Part shown: piece by piece, positions 17,982 to 28,467 of the stretch
Layout: every line of letters starts with the position of its first letter
Position numbering within the stretch: position 1 is the stretch's first letter
Source of the DNA: Nitrospinota bacterium
Lineage (GTDB): Bacteria; Nitrospinota; Nitrospinia; Nitrospinales; VA-1
Assembly: GCA_038108555.1 (NCBI GenBank)
Contig: JAYNIA010000023.1
Span: 1 to 37,502, forward strand
Direction of reading: 5' to 3'
DNA: 37,502 bases
The notes under the pieces: model-generated
Databases searched by the model: none
What the model saw: only the letters and a program-made list of their open reading frames with translations
What the model was told of the DNA's origin: nothing
Made by a program: the position numbers and the translations under genes

Positions 17982-20798
17982 TTAATTTTTTAAACTGGCT
18001 ATTTTCTTTTTAAATTGTTCCACTTCACTAATGACCCCTTCAGGAACTTCCTCTTTACTTCCTTTGGCTCTCATCAAAACCTCCAGTCGAGGCGTTTGAG
18101 GATCTAGAAATACTTTTCTGGCTCGAGAAACAACTTCCCCTTTAGTTACCTCTTTAACAGCTTTGATAAGTTTTTTCTTGTAATTGAAATCCCCATCCTC
18201 GTCTGTTGCAAAACTATACAAATTACTTAAAACGGCAGCTATGCTATCGCCTTCTTTTTCCAACCCCACAATCAATGCCTGCCGATGACGCTCGAACTCC
18301 TGGTCCGTTAATTCCGAAAATAATTTTTCAGTACTCGCCAACCATTTATTTACCCTTTTACTCATTTCAAAAGGACCGTGGGTTGAGGACTGAATCACCA
18401 GCCTGAAAAAGATTCGGTTTTCAACACGTTGTTGAAAACTCCAGACCAAATAGCCCAGTTGCTGATTGGTTCGCATTTGCGTATAAAAATCACTTTCCAC
18501 GATAGAGGCCAGCATGGATACTTGTGCCAGCAAGGCGGGATCCTTTTCACCAATTTGAATGGCATAAGCTAGAGAGTTATTTACATCTTCTACCTCTCGG
18601 GAAAATCGAAATCGCTCTCCCCGGGGCATGACTTCCACCACCTGTTCGAAACGCTCCTCTTTGGGAAGGGGTTTGCTTTTCAGTGAATCTATAAGGATTT
18701 GAGTGCTTTCCTTTGCTTTTTCATCGCTATAGTTCCCGTGGATCATCCCAGTGATATACACCTTTGCATAAAGTTTTTTGGCATAGTTTTTCACGTCATT
18801 TAAAGTTAATGGTTTTAACGCGGCCAGTTTTTGCTCTTCGGTATACTGCTCATCCATCAACATTAACCAATTGTAATATCCACCTCGGGAATAGGCCTGA
18901 CCAAGCTTACGATTTTTTAATCCTCGGACCATGGCCTCTTTTATGTTGCTGAATTTTTGAGAATCAATTTTGATTTCCATTAAGTTTTTGGTGACCAGCT
19001 TCAGCAAATCTGAAATTCTTTCTGAATAACCACCAATAGTCAGGACCACCCCTTTTTTTGAAATTGAAAGAGAGTAAGACAATCCTGCCATTTGGATAGG
19101 ATAAACAAGCTCATTCAATCCTTCATGCACGGCTGCCTCATAAAGTTTGGCCAACTGTAAATTTTTCGGGCTGCGATAGGTCAACGGGGTTTCAATCTGG
19201 TAAGTCAAATAGACTTTCGGCTGCTCAAACCGATGGTCGTACTTAAACCAGACTTTTGCCATGGAATCATCCCGAACTAAATGTGGATTCTCTTCAACCA
19301 GTTTCAAATGGTAAGGAATAAAATCATTTTTTTCTGGATAAAAAGCTCCGGGTAATTTTGCGGGTTTGGCTAATCTTTCAAACTTTTTGCCACCTACCTT
19401 TTGCATTGAATATTCAGCATCGTAATAAGGTGTTTTCTGGTCAACTTCAGCCCTCTGATGACTTAAAATCACCATGGCATTTTCTGGGACCAAAGTTTTC
19501 AATAAAGCCTTATAGGCTTCAGGCTCGTATTTTTTAAATAAGTAAGGCAGTTTTTCAACTTCATCGAGAGCATAGTCATGCATTAACGCCGCTTTACCGG
19601 CGATAAAACCCATGCCTTCATCCGGATTTTTCCAATCAAAATTAATTTGCGCCATTGCCTGCGCCTGGTCAAAGGTATATTTTTTTATTCCCTGCTCCCT
19701 AACCATTTCAATATAGGAAAAAACCATTTCCAAAATGCGCTCGTACTCTTTCAGGCCTTTTTTGGTTAAAGAAATATTGATACCAAAGGAATTAATATTG
19801 GGATGACTCGCCCCCCCTCCTGCACTCAAACCCAGTACCAGGCCTTCTTCCTTCAATTTTGAGAGTAAAGAGCCTTTACCTTCATAACCCAAAACCGAAC
19901 CCACTACAGCAGCAGGTTTGCTTGCCTTATGATCCATCAAACGGATCGTCGGAAAATCAATTTCCATTGAGCGAACATCTTTAATGGTTTTAATTTTTAA
20001 CAGCCGATACTTATTTTTTAGCGGTTTCCTAAAATCCGGGGAAACTTCCGGAACTGTGAAAGGACGGTCTTTAATTTCCGCAAAATATTTTTTGGCTTTG
20101 GCCTCCATTGTTCCCAGAGGAGAATTGGAAATCATGGCCAGCTTCATATTCGATGCCGCATAATAATTTTTATAAAACTTTAACAAATCGGGGCGATTAT
20201 CACCTGCAAGTGTATCTTTATTTCCGGTTCCAAATTTCGTAAGTGGATGGTCGGGCTCGGACATTTGGTTGGCAACAAAAGCTCCCCTCCAACCATCATT
20301 CAATTTATTTTTCTCGTGTTCATTATTGACGGCTTTTACTTCTCTTGCAGCATAGGTTTTGTCAAAAAGAGGTGCTTTAAAAAAGTCACTGAACCGATCC
20401 AGCGCACCATCGAATCCCTCATGGGAAACCTGAAAGAAATAGTTGGTTATATTCCCACTGGTGTAGGCATTGCTTCCCCCAGAGTGTTCATCCAGATACT
20501 TCTTATAGGAACCTACTTCCGGATATTTTTTAGTTCCCAGAAACAGCATATGCTCATGATAATGGGCCAGTCCCTGTTTATCCTTCGGGTCATGGAGGTG
20601 CCCCACTCCCACGGATAAAGCAGCTGCACTTCGATGAACATCGGGATCAGAAATCAGGTATACCGCCAGGCCATTTTCGAGGGTCAGGGTTTTAGTAGCA
20701 CGCTTATCCCCCTTGACTGCCTCAGCGACTGAGCCCCATAAAGCAAAGAAAAAAACAAGTATCAAAGCTGTAGCTTTTATATTTTTTTTATGCAACAT
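17982..20798 (-). CDS. Exported M16A zinc metallopeptidase (pitrilysin/insulinase family)
   Basis: Inverted zinc motif HYHEH (HxxEH), SNAYTS and LRT-like MRTNQQLGY. Signal peptide MLHKKNIKATALILVFFFALWGSVAEA. GGAGG RBS before ATG 20798. Confidence 0.92.
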   Translation of the reverse strand: MLHKKNIKATALILVFFFALWGSVAEAVKGDKRATKTLTLENGLAVYLISDPDVHRSAAALSVGVGHLHDPKDKQGLAHYHEHMLFLGTKKYPEVGSYKKYLDEHSGGSNAYTSGNITNYFFQVSHEGFDGALDRFSDFFKAPLFDKTYAAREVKAVNNEHEKNKLNDGWRGAFVANQMSEPDHPLTKFGTGNKDTLAGDNRPDLLKFYKNYYAASNMKLAMISNSPLGTMEAKAKKYFAEIKDRPFTVPEVSPDFRKPLKNKYRLLKIKTIKDVRSMEIDFPTIRLMDHKASKPAAVVGSVLGYEGKGSLLSKLKEEGLVLGLSAGGGASHPNINSFGINISLTKKGLKEYERILEMVFSYIEMVREQGIKKYTFDQAQAMAQINFDWKNPDEGMGFIAGKAALMHDYALDEVEKLPYLFKKYEPEAYKALLKTLVPENAMVILSHQRAEVDQKTPYYDAEYSMQKVGGKKFERLAKPAKLPGAFYPEKNDFIPYHLKLVEENPHLVRDDSMAKVWFKYDHRFEQPKVYLTYQIETPLTYRSPKNLQLAKLYEAAVHEGLNELVYPIQMAGLSYSLSISKKGVVLTIGGYSERISDLLKLVTKNLMEIKIDSQKFSNIKEAMVRGLKNRKLGQAYSRGGYYNWLMLMDEQYTEEQKLAALKPLTLNDVKNYAKKLYAKVYITGMIHGNYSDEKAKESTQILIDSLKSKPLPKEERFEQVVEVMPRGERFRFSREVEDVNNSLAYAIQIGEKDPALLAQVSMLASIVESDFYTQMRTNQQLGYLVWSFQQRVENRIFFRLVIQSSTHGPFEMSKRVNKWLASTEKLFSELTDQEFERHRQALIVGLEKEGDSIAAVLSNLYSFATDEDGDFNYKKKLIKAVKEVTKGEVVSRARKVFLDPQTPRLEVLMRAKGSKEEVPEGVISEVEQFKKKIASLKN

Positions 20799-20943
20799 AC
20801 CCACCTCCAATAACGGGTAATTATAACTATAAGACAACGAATTCTATTAACCTCAATTTAATTATATAGAGGTAATGCAAAAAAAATAGTTAATTTTTTT
20901 TAATCTAATAGGGGAAAACTTAGGAAGGAATATTTATTCACTA

Positions 20944-22107
20944 TTAGAATTTTCGATGGGTAAATTTAAAACAGGTTCCCTTACCAATTTCCAAATCCAA
21001 TTCAATGTTTCCCCCAAATTCATTGACCAGTTTTTTGACAATAGTGAGTCCGATTCCAGTGCTGTTTTTTTTCGAATCTTTTTTGGTTGGAATAATATTA
21101 AAAATCTGAAAAATTTTCTCATGGTAAGCCGGATCTATACCAGGACCATTATCTTTCACAATAAACTCATAAAAATCCTTTCCCTCACTGGCTAAAATAA
21201 TTATTCTCCCATCAATCCCCTCATAATGTTTAATGGAATTACTTATTAGGTTGGAAAAAATCTGTTTTAGTTTGGTTCGATGTGAAGAAATTTTTGGCAA
21301 ATCATCCGGAAACTCAATGGAAAACTTTGTTGGATCAATCAACTCCTCTTTTATCTCATTAAAAAGCATTTCTAAATCTACTTGCTGCATTTCAATAGAG
21401 CCACCTGTCGCCATTGAATATTCAAAAATCCCATCGATCATTTGATCCAATTGATAAACTCTATCCTGCAATTTTTTCAAATATTTTTCCGTAGTTTCGC
21501 TCAAGTTTTCACTCAAATCCTCTTTAATCCATTCGGCCAAATGATTTATCCCCCGAAGGGGAGCTTTTAAATCATGGGAAACCACATAGGCAAATTGTTC
21601 CAACTCTTTATTAACCCGGTTCACTTCATCAAGGGTTCCTTGAAGCTCTTTTTCTTTTTTTGCTAATTCGGTTTTTATGGATTTAAACTTTGAAACTTGC
21701 CGACTGGCATCTGTCAGATCCTGCAAAGTGAACAGCGCATAAACCTTATCGTTTTCTTCATCTTGAATGGAGGTGATCATGGTTTGTTGGGTCTGGAATG
21801 TACCATCCCCAAGCGGACAGGGAATTAAATATTTATGAAATTTAGAAGAAAATATAACCGGAGGACCTCCTTTAAAAATGGAATTGATTCTGGATGAATA
21901 TTTTTCATTCTTTAATACCGGGAAAAAATCCAAAATCGATTTATGTAAAATATCCTCCCTGTTTATTCCGGTCCACCGCTCCAGGCAAGAGTTCCAGAAC
22001 AATACCGAACAATCATCTTTTATAATAAAAGCTCCCACTGGATCCAAATCCAGGAAGCTGAAATTTTGAGATATAAAACCCTCTGACTTATGTTTAAATA
22101 AATTCAT
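20944..22107 (-). CDS. Cytoplasmic PAS-domain sensor histidine kinase
   Basis: PAS (FWNSCLERWTGI), H-box FAYVVSHDLKAPL, N-box NLISNSIKH, DNGPGI and GIGLTIVKK. Confidence 0.92.
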   Translation of the reverse strand: MNLFKHKSEGFISQNFSFLDLDPVGAFIIKDDCSVLFWNSCLERWTGINREDILHKSILDFFPVLKNEKYSSRINSIFKGGPPVIFSSKFHKYLIPCPLGDGTFQTQQTMITSIQDEENDKVYALFTLQDLTDASRQVSKFKSIKTELAKKEKELQGTLDEVNRVNKELEQFAYVVSHDLKAPLRGINHLAEWIKEDLSENLSETTEKYLKKLQDRVYQLDQMIDGIFEYSMATGGSIEMQQVDLEMLFNEIKEELIDPTKFSIEFPDDLPKISSHRTKLKQIFSNLISNSIKHYEGIDGRIIILASEGKDFYEFIVKDNGPGIDPAYHEKIFQIFNIIPTKKDSKKNSTGIGLTIVKKLVNEFGGNIELDLEIGKGTCFKFTHRKF

Positions 22108-22127
22108 CTAACGTTCAAGAATGTCCC

Positions 22128-22736
22128 TTATTCCAGGTTGTCTCCAAAAGACTCAATAGCATCTATTAAAACTTCTAGAGACCCTACACTAAAAACAAGA
22201 ATAATCTCTCCATTGATTTCAAGGTTCTCTACTGCAAAATGTGCCTTTGCAAAAATAATTGCGCAATTAGAATCCCCTACATGTGATGCAACTAAATTAT
22301 GAACTGCGTCTTCCGCATAATTGGGCACGGAGTATTTCAATCTTTGATTAAAAAAGTTGGTTATAGACCCCATGACTGAATTGATAATAATATTCCCAAC
22401 CTCCGTCAAGGTATCCACCGTAACCGAATCTAATTCTGGTGACCCGGGCTCTTCACCGGTCAGTGCTGAAACAAGGTTTTGAGCGCTTTGGGGTGGAAAC
22501 GCCAACATGGTATTTCCAGAGATGGAACCATTAAACTGTTGGTTCACGGTGGATACATTTTTAGGGCCAACCTTATCTGCCTGCTCTTTAAGCTCTTTTA
22601 AAGTTAGAGTTTCAATTTGGGGAACCCGGATCTTGATTTGGCAATCAAGCATTTGGTTTAAAGTATCCGCCCCCTTCCCAACACCTATATTAAATATCTC
22701 ACTCAGGGCATCTATTTGATCATCATTTAAGTTCAC
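22128..22736 (-). CDS. cheC: CheC-family response-regulator phosphatase
   Basis: Two E-x2-N motifs (DALSEIFNIG, DTLTEVGNII). GTG 22736 overlaps the upstream TGA, with GGGAG RBS. Confidence 0.85.
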   Translation of the reverse strand: MNLNDDQIDALSEIFNIGVGKGADTLNQMLDCQIKIRVPQIETLTLKELKEQADKVGPKNVSTVNQQFNGSISGNTMLAFPPQSAQNLVSALTGEEPGSPELDSVTVDTLTEVGNIIINSVMGSITNFFNQRLKYSVPNYAEDAVHNLVASHVGDSNCAIIFAKAHFAVENLEINGEIILVFSVGSLEVLIDAIESFGDNLE

Positions 22737-23107
22737 GAAGGTCTCCCACTGGGTCCCCAAATTTCTTCCAACGCCTGTTTCATTTGGTTTTGGTTAAAAG
22801 GTTTATTTAAAAACACATTTGCCCCAAGCCCAAGGCATTGCTCTCTCACCGGGGCCTGTATATCTGAGGTCAGAACTACCACGGGGATTTTTGATCCTTG
22901 CTCCTGAAGGGTCTTAAGAACCGCGAAACCATCCAACTCAGGCATCACCAGATCTGTAAATATAATTTCCGGCTTATGCTCTGCCGCCTTTTCCAGACCC
23001 ACTTTTCCATTAGGCGCTTCGATAATTTCATACCCTTCTGCTTTTAAAAATTTAATAATAATTTTGCGCTGAAAATTCGAGTCCTCAATAACTAATGCTA
23101 ATGCCAT
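22733..23107 (-). CDS. Single-domain (CheY-like) response regulator
   Basis: VIEDS, TDLVMPELDG, VLTSD and FLNKPF. Confidence 0.92.
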   Translation of the reverse strand: MALALVIEDSNFQRKIIIKFLKAEGYEIIEAPNGKVGLEKAAEHKPEIIFTDLVMPELDGFAVLKTLQEQGSKIPVVVLTSDIQAPVREQCLGLGANVFLNKPFNQNQMKQALEEIWGPSGRPS

Positions 23108-23132
23108 TTTCTCATTCCATTTTTATATTGAT

Positions 23133-24026
23133 TTAAAGTCCAATTAATATCACCCCTGACATGACTAAACCACCTGCTATCAGCCGTTGCCGCCCAAAAG
23201 GCTCATGAAGTTTCCAACAGCCCCAATAAACAACCATTAATACGCTCACTTGCCTCAAGGAAACAACGGCACTTACTGCTTCAAACTGCAAAACCACACA
23301 AATCAGCCCATACGACCCTATGGTGGCAAATGCCCCAAGGAGCCCCTTAAACCATTCACCTTTCCAAAGGCCCAGGATGTCCTGTTTATTATGTTTTGAA
23401 AACAGATATAAATTACAGAGGGCAAACCCAATGGAAGCCTCCATAAAAAAGAAAGCCATTCCATTTTTATAGGGTTCATTCGGAAATTGTTTAAAAAACA
23501 AATCCATTCCTTTTTTATCTATTAGGCTATAGGTAACAACAATTATCAAGGTATAAAAAGCCCAGCGCAGATCATTATGTCGAACGGCGTACCATAGGTT
23601 TTTAAACCCCCGAATCAGGTGACCCTCGAAATGCAAAATATAAATAGCTGTAATAATTATGAAAATTGCCACCAGGGTCTTGAGTGTCAGCTCTTCACCT
23701 AAAAACAACCACGCCATTGCTGGCACGAAGACAGGAGCAGATCGAGCTATCGGATAAACATAGGAAATGTCTTGGGTTTGATAGGCCCTGGACAGGCATA
23801 AAATATAAACGCCGTGGGCAACTCCAGAAAAGGTCGCCCAAAAAAGAAGTTCCCGGTTCCAGATAGAAAGACCTATCCAATTAAGGGCAAAAACACCTAT
23901 CAGAATCAGCCAAATCCCTTTTAGTCCTGAAAAATATTGGGAATTTGGACTGGTCTGGGTCAATATATTCCATAATGAATGCATTATGCAGGATAATAGA
24001 ACCAGACCTATGCTCTCAATTGACAC
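23133..24026 (-). CDS. DMT/EamA family transporter
   Basis: About ten hydrophobic segments in two repeats; AYQTQDISYVYPIAR, LGEEL and VSLRQVSV. Confidence 0.85.
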   Translation of the reverse strand: MSIESIGLVLLSCIMHSLWNILTQTSPNSQYFSGLKGIWLILIGVFALNWIGLSIWNRELLFWATFSGVAHGVYILCLSRAYQTQDISYVYPIARSAPVFVPAMAWLFLGEELTLKTLVAIFIIITAIYILHFEGHLIRGFKNLWYAVRHNDLRWAFYTLIIVVTYSLIDKKGMDLFFKQFPNEPYKNGMAFFFMEASIGFALCNLYLFSKHNKQDILGLWKGEWFKGLLGAFATIGSYGLICVVLQFEAVSAVVSLRQVSVLMVVYWGCWKLHEPFGRQRLIAGGLVMSGVILIGL

Positions 24027-24051
24027 TTGGCAATCCCAATATTAGTTTTCC

Positions 24052-24399
24052 ATGCAAATAGCGTTTATATCCTATCCCGTGACCGACCTGACCCGAGCTG
24101 TGGAATTCTACCAAAAGGTTTTGGAAATTGAACCTTTGTTTCAAAGGGAAGACTGGGTGGAGTTCAAACTGGAAAACCAGCGTTTTGCTTTGCAAAAAGC
24201 ACCTGTTACGGAACCATCAGGGGCAGTTTTATACCTTTTGGCTCAACCCCTGGAGCGTCAGGTAGAAAGATTGGAGAGATTGGGTGCAAAACTCGTAAAT
24301 ACATCTGAAATTTATTCTTATGGGAAACTGGCCCGATTTGAAGACCCCGATGGAAATATTTTTGGCCTTTATGAACCCCCGATGAATACAAAGCATTAA
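24052..24399 (+). CDS. VOC (glyoxalase/bleomycin-resistance) family protein
   Basis: VTDLTRAVEFYQKVL and FEDPDGNIFGL. Confidence 0.88.
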   Translation: MQIAFISYPVTDLTRAVEFYQKVLEIEPLFQREDWVEFKLENQRFALQKAPVTEPSGAVLYLLAQPLERQVERLERLGAKLVNTSEIYSYGKLARFEDPDGNIFGLYEPPMNTKH

Positions 24400-24476
24400 T
24401 CCAACGATATTAAGAATGTAAATTGAACCTATAACGGTTGCTCCCGTTCCTTTAATTGAGGTACAATCCACTTATA

Positions 24477-24986
24477 ATGAATAATCCTTTGACTCATTTT
24501 AATGAAGAAGGCCGTGCCCGCATGGTCGACGTGTCCGAGAAAAGCAACACCTCCCGGAAAGCAGTGGCCACTGGCAAGATATATTTGCAACCGGAAACCC
24601 TTCGGCTTATTAATGAGGGACAGATTAAAAAAGGAGATGTTCTTGCTGTTGCACAGGTGGCGGGTATCATGGGGGCGAAAAAATCCCATGAAATCATTCC
24701 CATGTGCCATCCCCTGCTTTTGACAGGAGTCGATATTAGTTTTGAAAAACACCAGGAACCCAACCCTGAAACCGGGTTATGCTCTATCACCATCACCGGT
24801 ACGGTAAAAGTGACCGGTCAAACTGGGGTGGAAATGGAAGCCCTGACTGCGGTATCTACGGCAGCCCTAACCATATATGACATGTGCAAAGCGGTTGATA
24901 GAGGCATGTATTTTGATAAAATTGGTTTGGTACACAAATCAGGTGGAAAATCCGGTACCTACGAAAAAGAAAGTGTGGGTCAATGA
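24477..24986 (+). CDS. moaC: Cyclic pyranopterin monophosphate synthase MoaC
   Basis: [42 protein letters not shown] and YDMCKAVD. Confidence 0.97.
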   Translation: MNNPLTHFNEEGRARMVDVSEKSNTSRKAVATGKIYLQPETLRLINEGQIKKGDVLAVAQVAGIMGAKKSHEIIPMCHPLLLTGVDISFEKHQEPNPETGLCSITITGTVKVTGQTGVEMEALTAVSTAALTIYDMCKAVDRGMYFDKIGLVHKSGGKSGTYEKESVGQ

Positions 24987-25234
24987 TTACCGTAAAATTT
25001 TTCGCAAGTCTTAAAGCCATTGCTGAAATGGAGGAAAAGCAAATAGAGATTGAAAGCCCCATTTCCATGGATCAATTGAGTGATATAATTTCCAAAACTT
25101 CCCCAAAAATGGCGGATATCATCCGGGAACAGAAAATAATGATATCGGTCAATCAGGAAATGGCAGATTCGGATACCATCATCCACGATGGCGATGAGGT
25201 GGCTTTCCTGCCTCCATTTTCGGGCGGTTCTTAA
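24983..25234 (+). CDS. moaD: Molybdopterin synthase sulfur carrier MoaD
   Basis: ITVKFFA...[19 protein letters not shown] overlap with moaC. Confidence 0.93.
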   Translation: MITVKFFASLKAIAEMEEKQIEIESPISMDQLSDIISKTSPKMADIIREQKIMISVNQEMADSDTIIHDGDEVAFLPPFSGGS

Positions 25235-25250
25235 AACAAAAAGGGTTGCT

Positions 25251-25688
25251 ATGAGTACAACAACTGATTCAAAAATTCGAATCCAGGTAGAAGATTTTTC
25301 CGTTACTGACGAAATTGAAGCCATGAAAAAGGTCTCCCGTAATATTGGCGGGATTACAACCTTCCTAGGTACGGGAAGAGAATTATCCAAGGGAGAAAAC
25401 ATCACCCAACTCAATTTCGAGCACTATCCCAAGATGGCCGAGAAAAAACTGGAAGAGATTCGTGTCCAGGCCATTAAAGATTTCGGCATCATCGATATGA
25501 GCATCATTCATCGAATCGGGCCCATTGAAATTGGGGAAAACATAGTATTGATTGTTGCCGTGAGCGAACATCGGGCGGAAACTTTCAAAGCATGTGAATG
25601 GGCTATAGCTGAACTCAAACGGGTGACACCCATCTGGAAAAGAGAAACCACCTCTAAAGGTGAGGTTTGGGTCCAAGACACCCCCTGA
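25251..25688 (+). CDS. moaE: Molybdopterin synthase catalytic subunit MoaE
   Basis: GGITTFLG, EHYPKMAEKKL, IHRIG, HRAETF and LKRVTPIWKRE. ATG 25251 chosen because 25188 overlaps moaD. Confidence 0.95.
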   Translation: MSTTTDSKIRIQVEDFSVTDEIEAMKKVSRNIGGITTFLGTGRELSKGENITQLNFEHYPKMAEKKLEEIRVQAIKDFGIIDMSIIHRIGPIEIGENIVLIVAVSEHRAETFKACEWAIAELKRVTPIWKRETTSKGEVWVQDTP

Positions 25689-25785
25689 CCCATCCTTCCA
25701 TACCAGATTCAAATTACCGGGCCTGAAGAACTCTTTTGATTTATAGTAGTGCCAGATTCACCATTGTTCCGCACTTCACCCGATT

Positions 25786-28467
25786 ATGGATTTCCCAGAA
25801 GAGAATAACCCTCTATTATTGACAGCCAACCTCCGGCTGGCACGTTGGCTCATGCTTGAGTATGACGGAGGTCAAAAGGAAAACGATGTCTGGGAAACTC
25901 CTCAAATCCTATCTCTCTCAGCCTGGTTAAAACAGGTTTGGTTGAAGACCTGGCCCGAGAAGCACCTGCTAAGCAGAATCCAATCGGAATCACTTTGGGA
26001 GGAAATTGTCAAAAATGATTCCCACTCTACCAAACTAAACCCACTTCATAGGAAAGCCGCAGCATCGCAGGCTTTTCAGGCCTATACACTTATCCAGGAA
26101 TATAAAATTCCAGCCTACAAGAATGAATTCCAGGAAACCCTGGAAACCATTTCCTTTTACAGATGGATGCATTGTTATGAACAGAAGCTTGCACGATGGA
26201 ACGCTTTGGATGTTTCCCGGCTCATAGACCAGGTTAGCGAATCAATCCAAAAACAGGAAATAGAACTTCCCAGCGCCATTCATTTCAGAGGATTTCAAAC
26301 AAAAACTCCGCAGTTCTTAACCCTTCTCAATTCACTTGAAAAGGCGGGAATTGAAATCCAACTGGAGCTGCCAGAAACCGCAGATTTTTCTGTTGAGGAA
26401 GTTTGTAAAAACAACTTCTCTCATGCCTCTGTTCAAAAATACGACGATAAAAATCATGAAGTCACTACCTGTTCCAGATGGATAAGAAAAAATCATAATC
26501 CGGGAAAAAGATTCGGAATCATTGTTCCATCGCTGGAAGATTACCGGTCTTTATTACAAAGAGAGCTTGCAGCAGAGCTCTGCCCTGCCTCGGTTTTTCC
26601 GGAAAACAAATCAGAGCTTCCTTTCAATATTTCACAGGGGACACCACTCAGCCAGACAACCCCAATAAATATAATTTTTCAAATTTTGGAAACTCAATCC
26701 CCCGAGATTCCAGCAGCACTTTTCTATTCCATAATTAGAAACCCGGTATTTCATTCAGAGAAAAAGTCCGCCATGAAACTTGAACTGTCTTTAAGAAAAC
26801 AAAGACGGGTCAAAGTAAACCTTAATACGCTTGACAATGATTTTGATTTCAATCAATCACCGGAATTAAAAAACATTATACAAACTTGGAAAGATTGGAT
26901 TTCAACCAACAATTCTGATCTTCCAGAGAAATGGTCCGAAAGGATTTTCGCGCTGGTAATAAAAATGAACTGGCCCGTTAAGAATATAGAGGAAGGCAAC
27001 AACAGAGAAACTATCTCTGAGCGGGAAAATCAGATATTTGATGCATGGAAAGATTGTCTCGACCGGTTGGCGTCTTTAAATCATATCTGCGGAAAAATTA
27101 ATCGATTAACCGCTGTCAGAAAGCTATTTAGCATTACCAGCACCTACTTTTTTCCTGAAAAGTTCAGGGATCACCTTATTCAGGTTATTCCACTGTCAGA
27201 ATGCATCGGAATGGAATTCGATTATGCATGGTTTCTTGGATGCCATTCCGAAAGCCTTCCCCCTACGCCTGAACCCAATTCAATGATCCCCTCCAGCTTT
27301 CGAAGAAAAATGAATCTGCCTCATTCAAGCGCTAAATGGGAACTGAATAATTGCGAAACACATTTATCTTCACTATTGGGGGCATCCAGACAAATTGTTT
27401 TCAGTTTTCCTTCCCAAGATAAAGATAATACTCAAGAACCCAGTCCCCTGCTCAAATATTTTAGACAGGAAAAAAGTTTAGTTCTTCCTTCTGCAAGGTA
27501 TAAAGATCAGATAATAAATTCCACCAAACTGGAACCGTTCACAGAAAAAGCCACACTTCCTTTCAGTGAAGATGAAAAAGCCCGGTTTAGTGAAGGTAAA
27601 AACAGTGGTGGAAGTAATTTAATCAAACTTCAAGCCGAGTGTCCCTTCCAGGCATTCGCCAAATACAGGCTTCATGCCCAGGAAAAGGAAATTCCTGAAA
27701 TAGATTTTGACCCGCTGGTTAGGGGTAATTTAATTCATCTTGTTCTGGAAATATTCTGGAAGAAAATTCGCACGCGGAAACGGCTTCAGGGTTTATACGA
27801 TTCAAACCAACTGGAAACTGAAGTTAAGGCATGTATTGAAGAAGCTTCAAATAAAATTATTCGTGGACTACCATCTCAACCCAAATTTTTGGAGATGGAA
27901 AAATCCAGAATATTAACTCTGATCCTTGATTGGCTTATTTCTTTTGAATTACCAAGAGATGATTTTACGGTGCTCAAACCTGAAAAATCCGAAACAGTTA
28001 AACTCAACGACCTAACGCTAAAATTAAAAATCGATCGAATTGATGAAAATGCAAACAACAATCGCGTTTTGATTGACTACAAAACAGGAGAAGCCAAACC
28101 CAAAGAATGGTTGAGGAAAAGAATTACTTCTCCCCAACTGCCATTATATTCCACGTTTCTTTCCCCCTCGGTCGTTGCCTTTGGTCAGATAAAAAAAGGG
28201 CAAATGGGATTAAAAGGAGTAAAGGATCCATCCATAGCTTTTTCAGGCCTATCAGAAACCTCTTATTCCAGGGAAGTGGGAGATTCTAATTGGGATAGGG
28301 TCCTTCAACTCTGGAAGGATAAAATTGATGATTTAGCCAAAGAATTCCTGGCGGGCCGGATAGCTATTGAACCCTCCCCGAATCAGGAAACATGCAAAAA
28401 TTGCGGTCTGGACGGCTTTTGCAGGATCAAAGAAAACAGTTTTATTGATGAGGAGGAAGAATGGTAA
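25786..28467 (+). CDS. AddB/RexB-like recombination nuclease subunit
   Basis: Inactive helicase-like N-terminal part. C-terminal PD-(D/E)xK nuclease (KIDRID, IDYKTG, PQLPLY) with four Fe-S cysteines (ECPFQ; CKNC...FC). Confidence 0.85.
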   Translation: MDFPEENNPLLLTANLRLARWLMLEYDGGQKENDVWETPQILSLSAWLKQVWLKTWPEKHLLSRIQSESLWEEIVKNDSHSTKLNPLHRKAAASQAFQAYTLIQEYKIPAYKNEFQETLETISFYRWMHCYEQKLARWNALDVSRLIDQVSESIQKQEIELPSAIHFRGFQTKTPQFLTLLNSLEKAGIEIQLELPETADFSVEEVCKNNFSHASVQKYDDKNHEVTTCSRWIRKNHNPGKRFGIIVPSLEDYRSLLQRELAAELCPASVFPENKSELPFNISQGTPLSQTTPINIIFQILETQSPEIPAALFYSIIRNPVFHSEKKSAMKLELSLRKQRRVKVNLNTLDNDFDFNQSPELKNIIQTWKDWISTNNSDLPEKWSERIFALVIKMNWPVKNIEEGNNRETISERENQIFDAWKDCLDRLASLNHICGKINRLTAVRKLFSITSTYFFPEKFRDHLIQVIPLSECIGMEFDYAWFLGCHSESLPPTPEPNSMIPSSFRRKMNLPHSSAKWELNNCETHLSSLLGASRQIVFSFPSQDKDNTQEPSPLLKYFRQEKSLVLPSARYKDQIINSTKLEPFTEKATLPFSEDEKARFSEGKNSGGSNLIKLQAECPFQAFAKYRLHAQEKEIPEIDFDPLVRGNLIHLVLEIFWKKIRTRKRLQGLYDSNQLETEVKACIEEASNKIIRGLPSQPKFLEMEKSRILTLILDWLISFELPRDDFTVLKPEKSETVKLNDLTLKLKIDRIDENANNNRVLIDYKTGEAKPKEWLRKRITSPQLPLYSTFLSPSVVAFGQIKKGQMGLKGVKDPSIAFSGLSETSYSREVGDSNWDRVLQLWKDKIDDLAKEFLAGRIAIEPSPNQETCKNCGLDGFCRIKENSFIDEEEEW

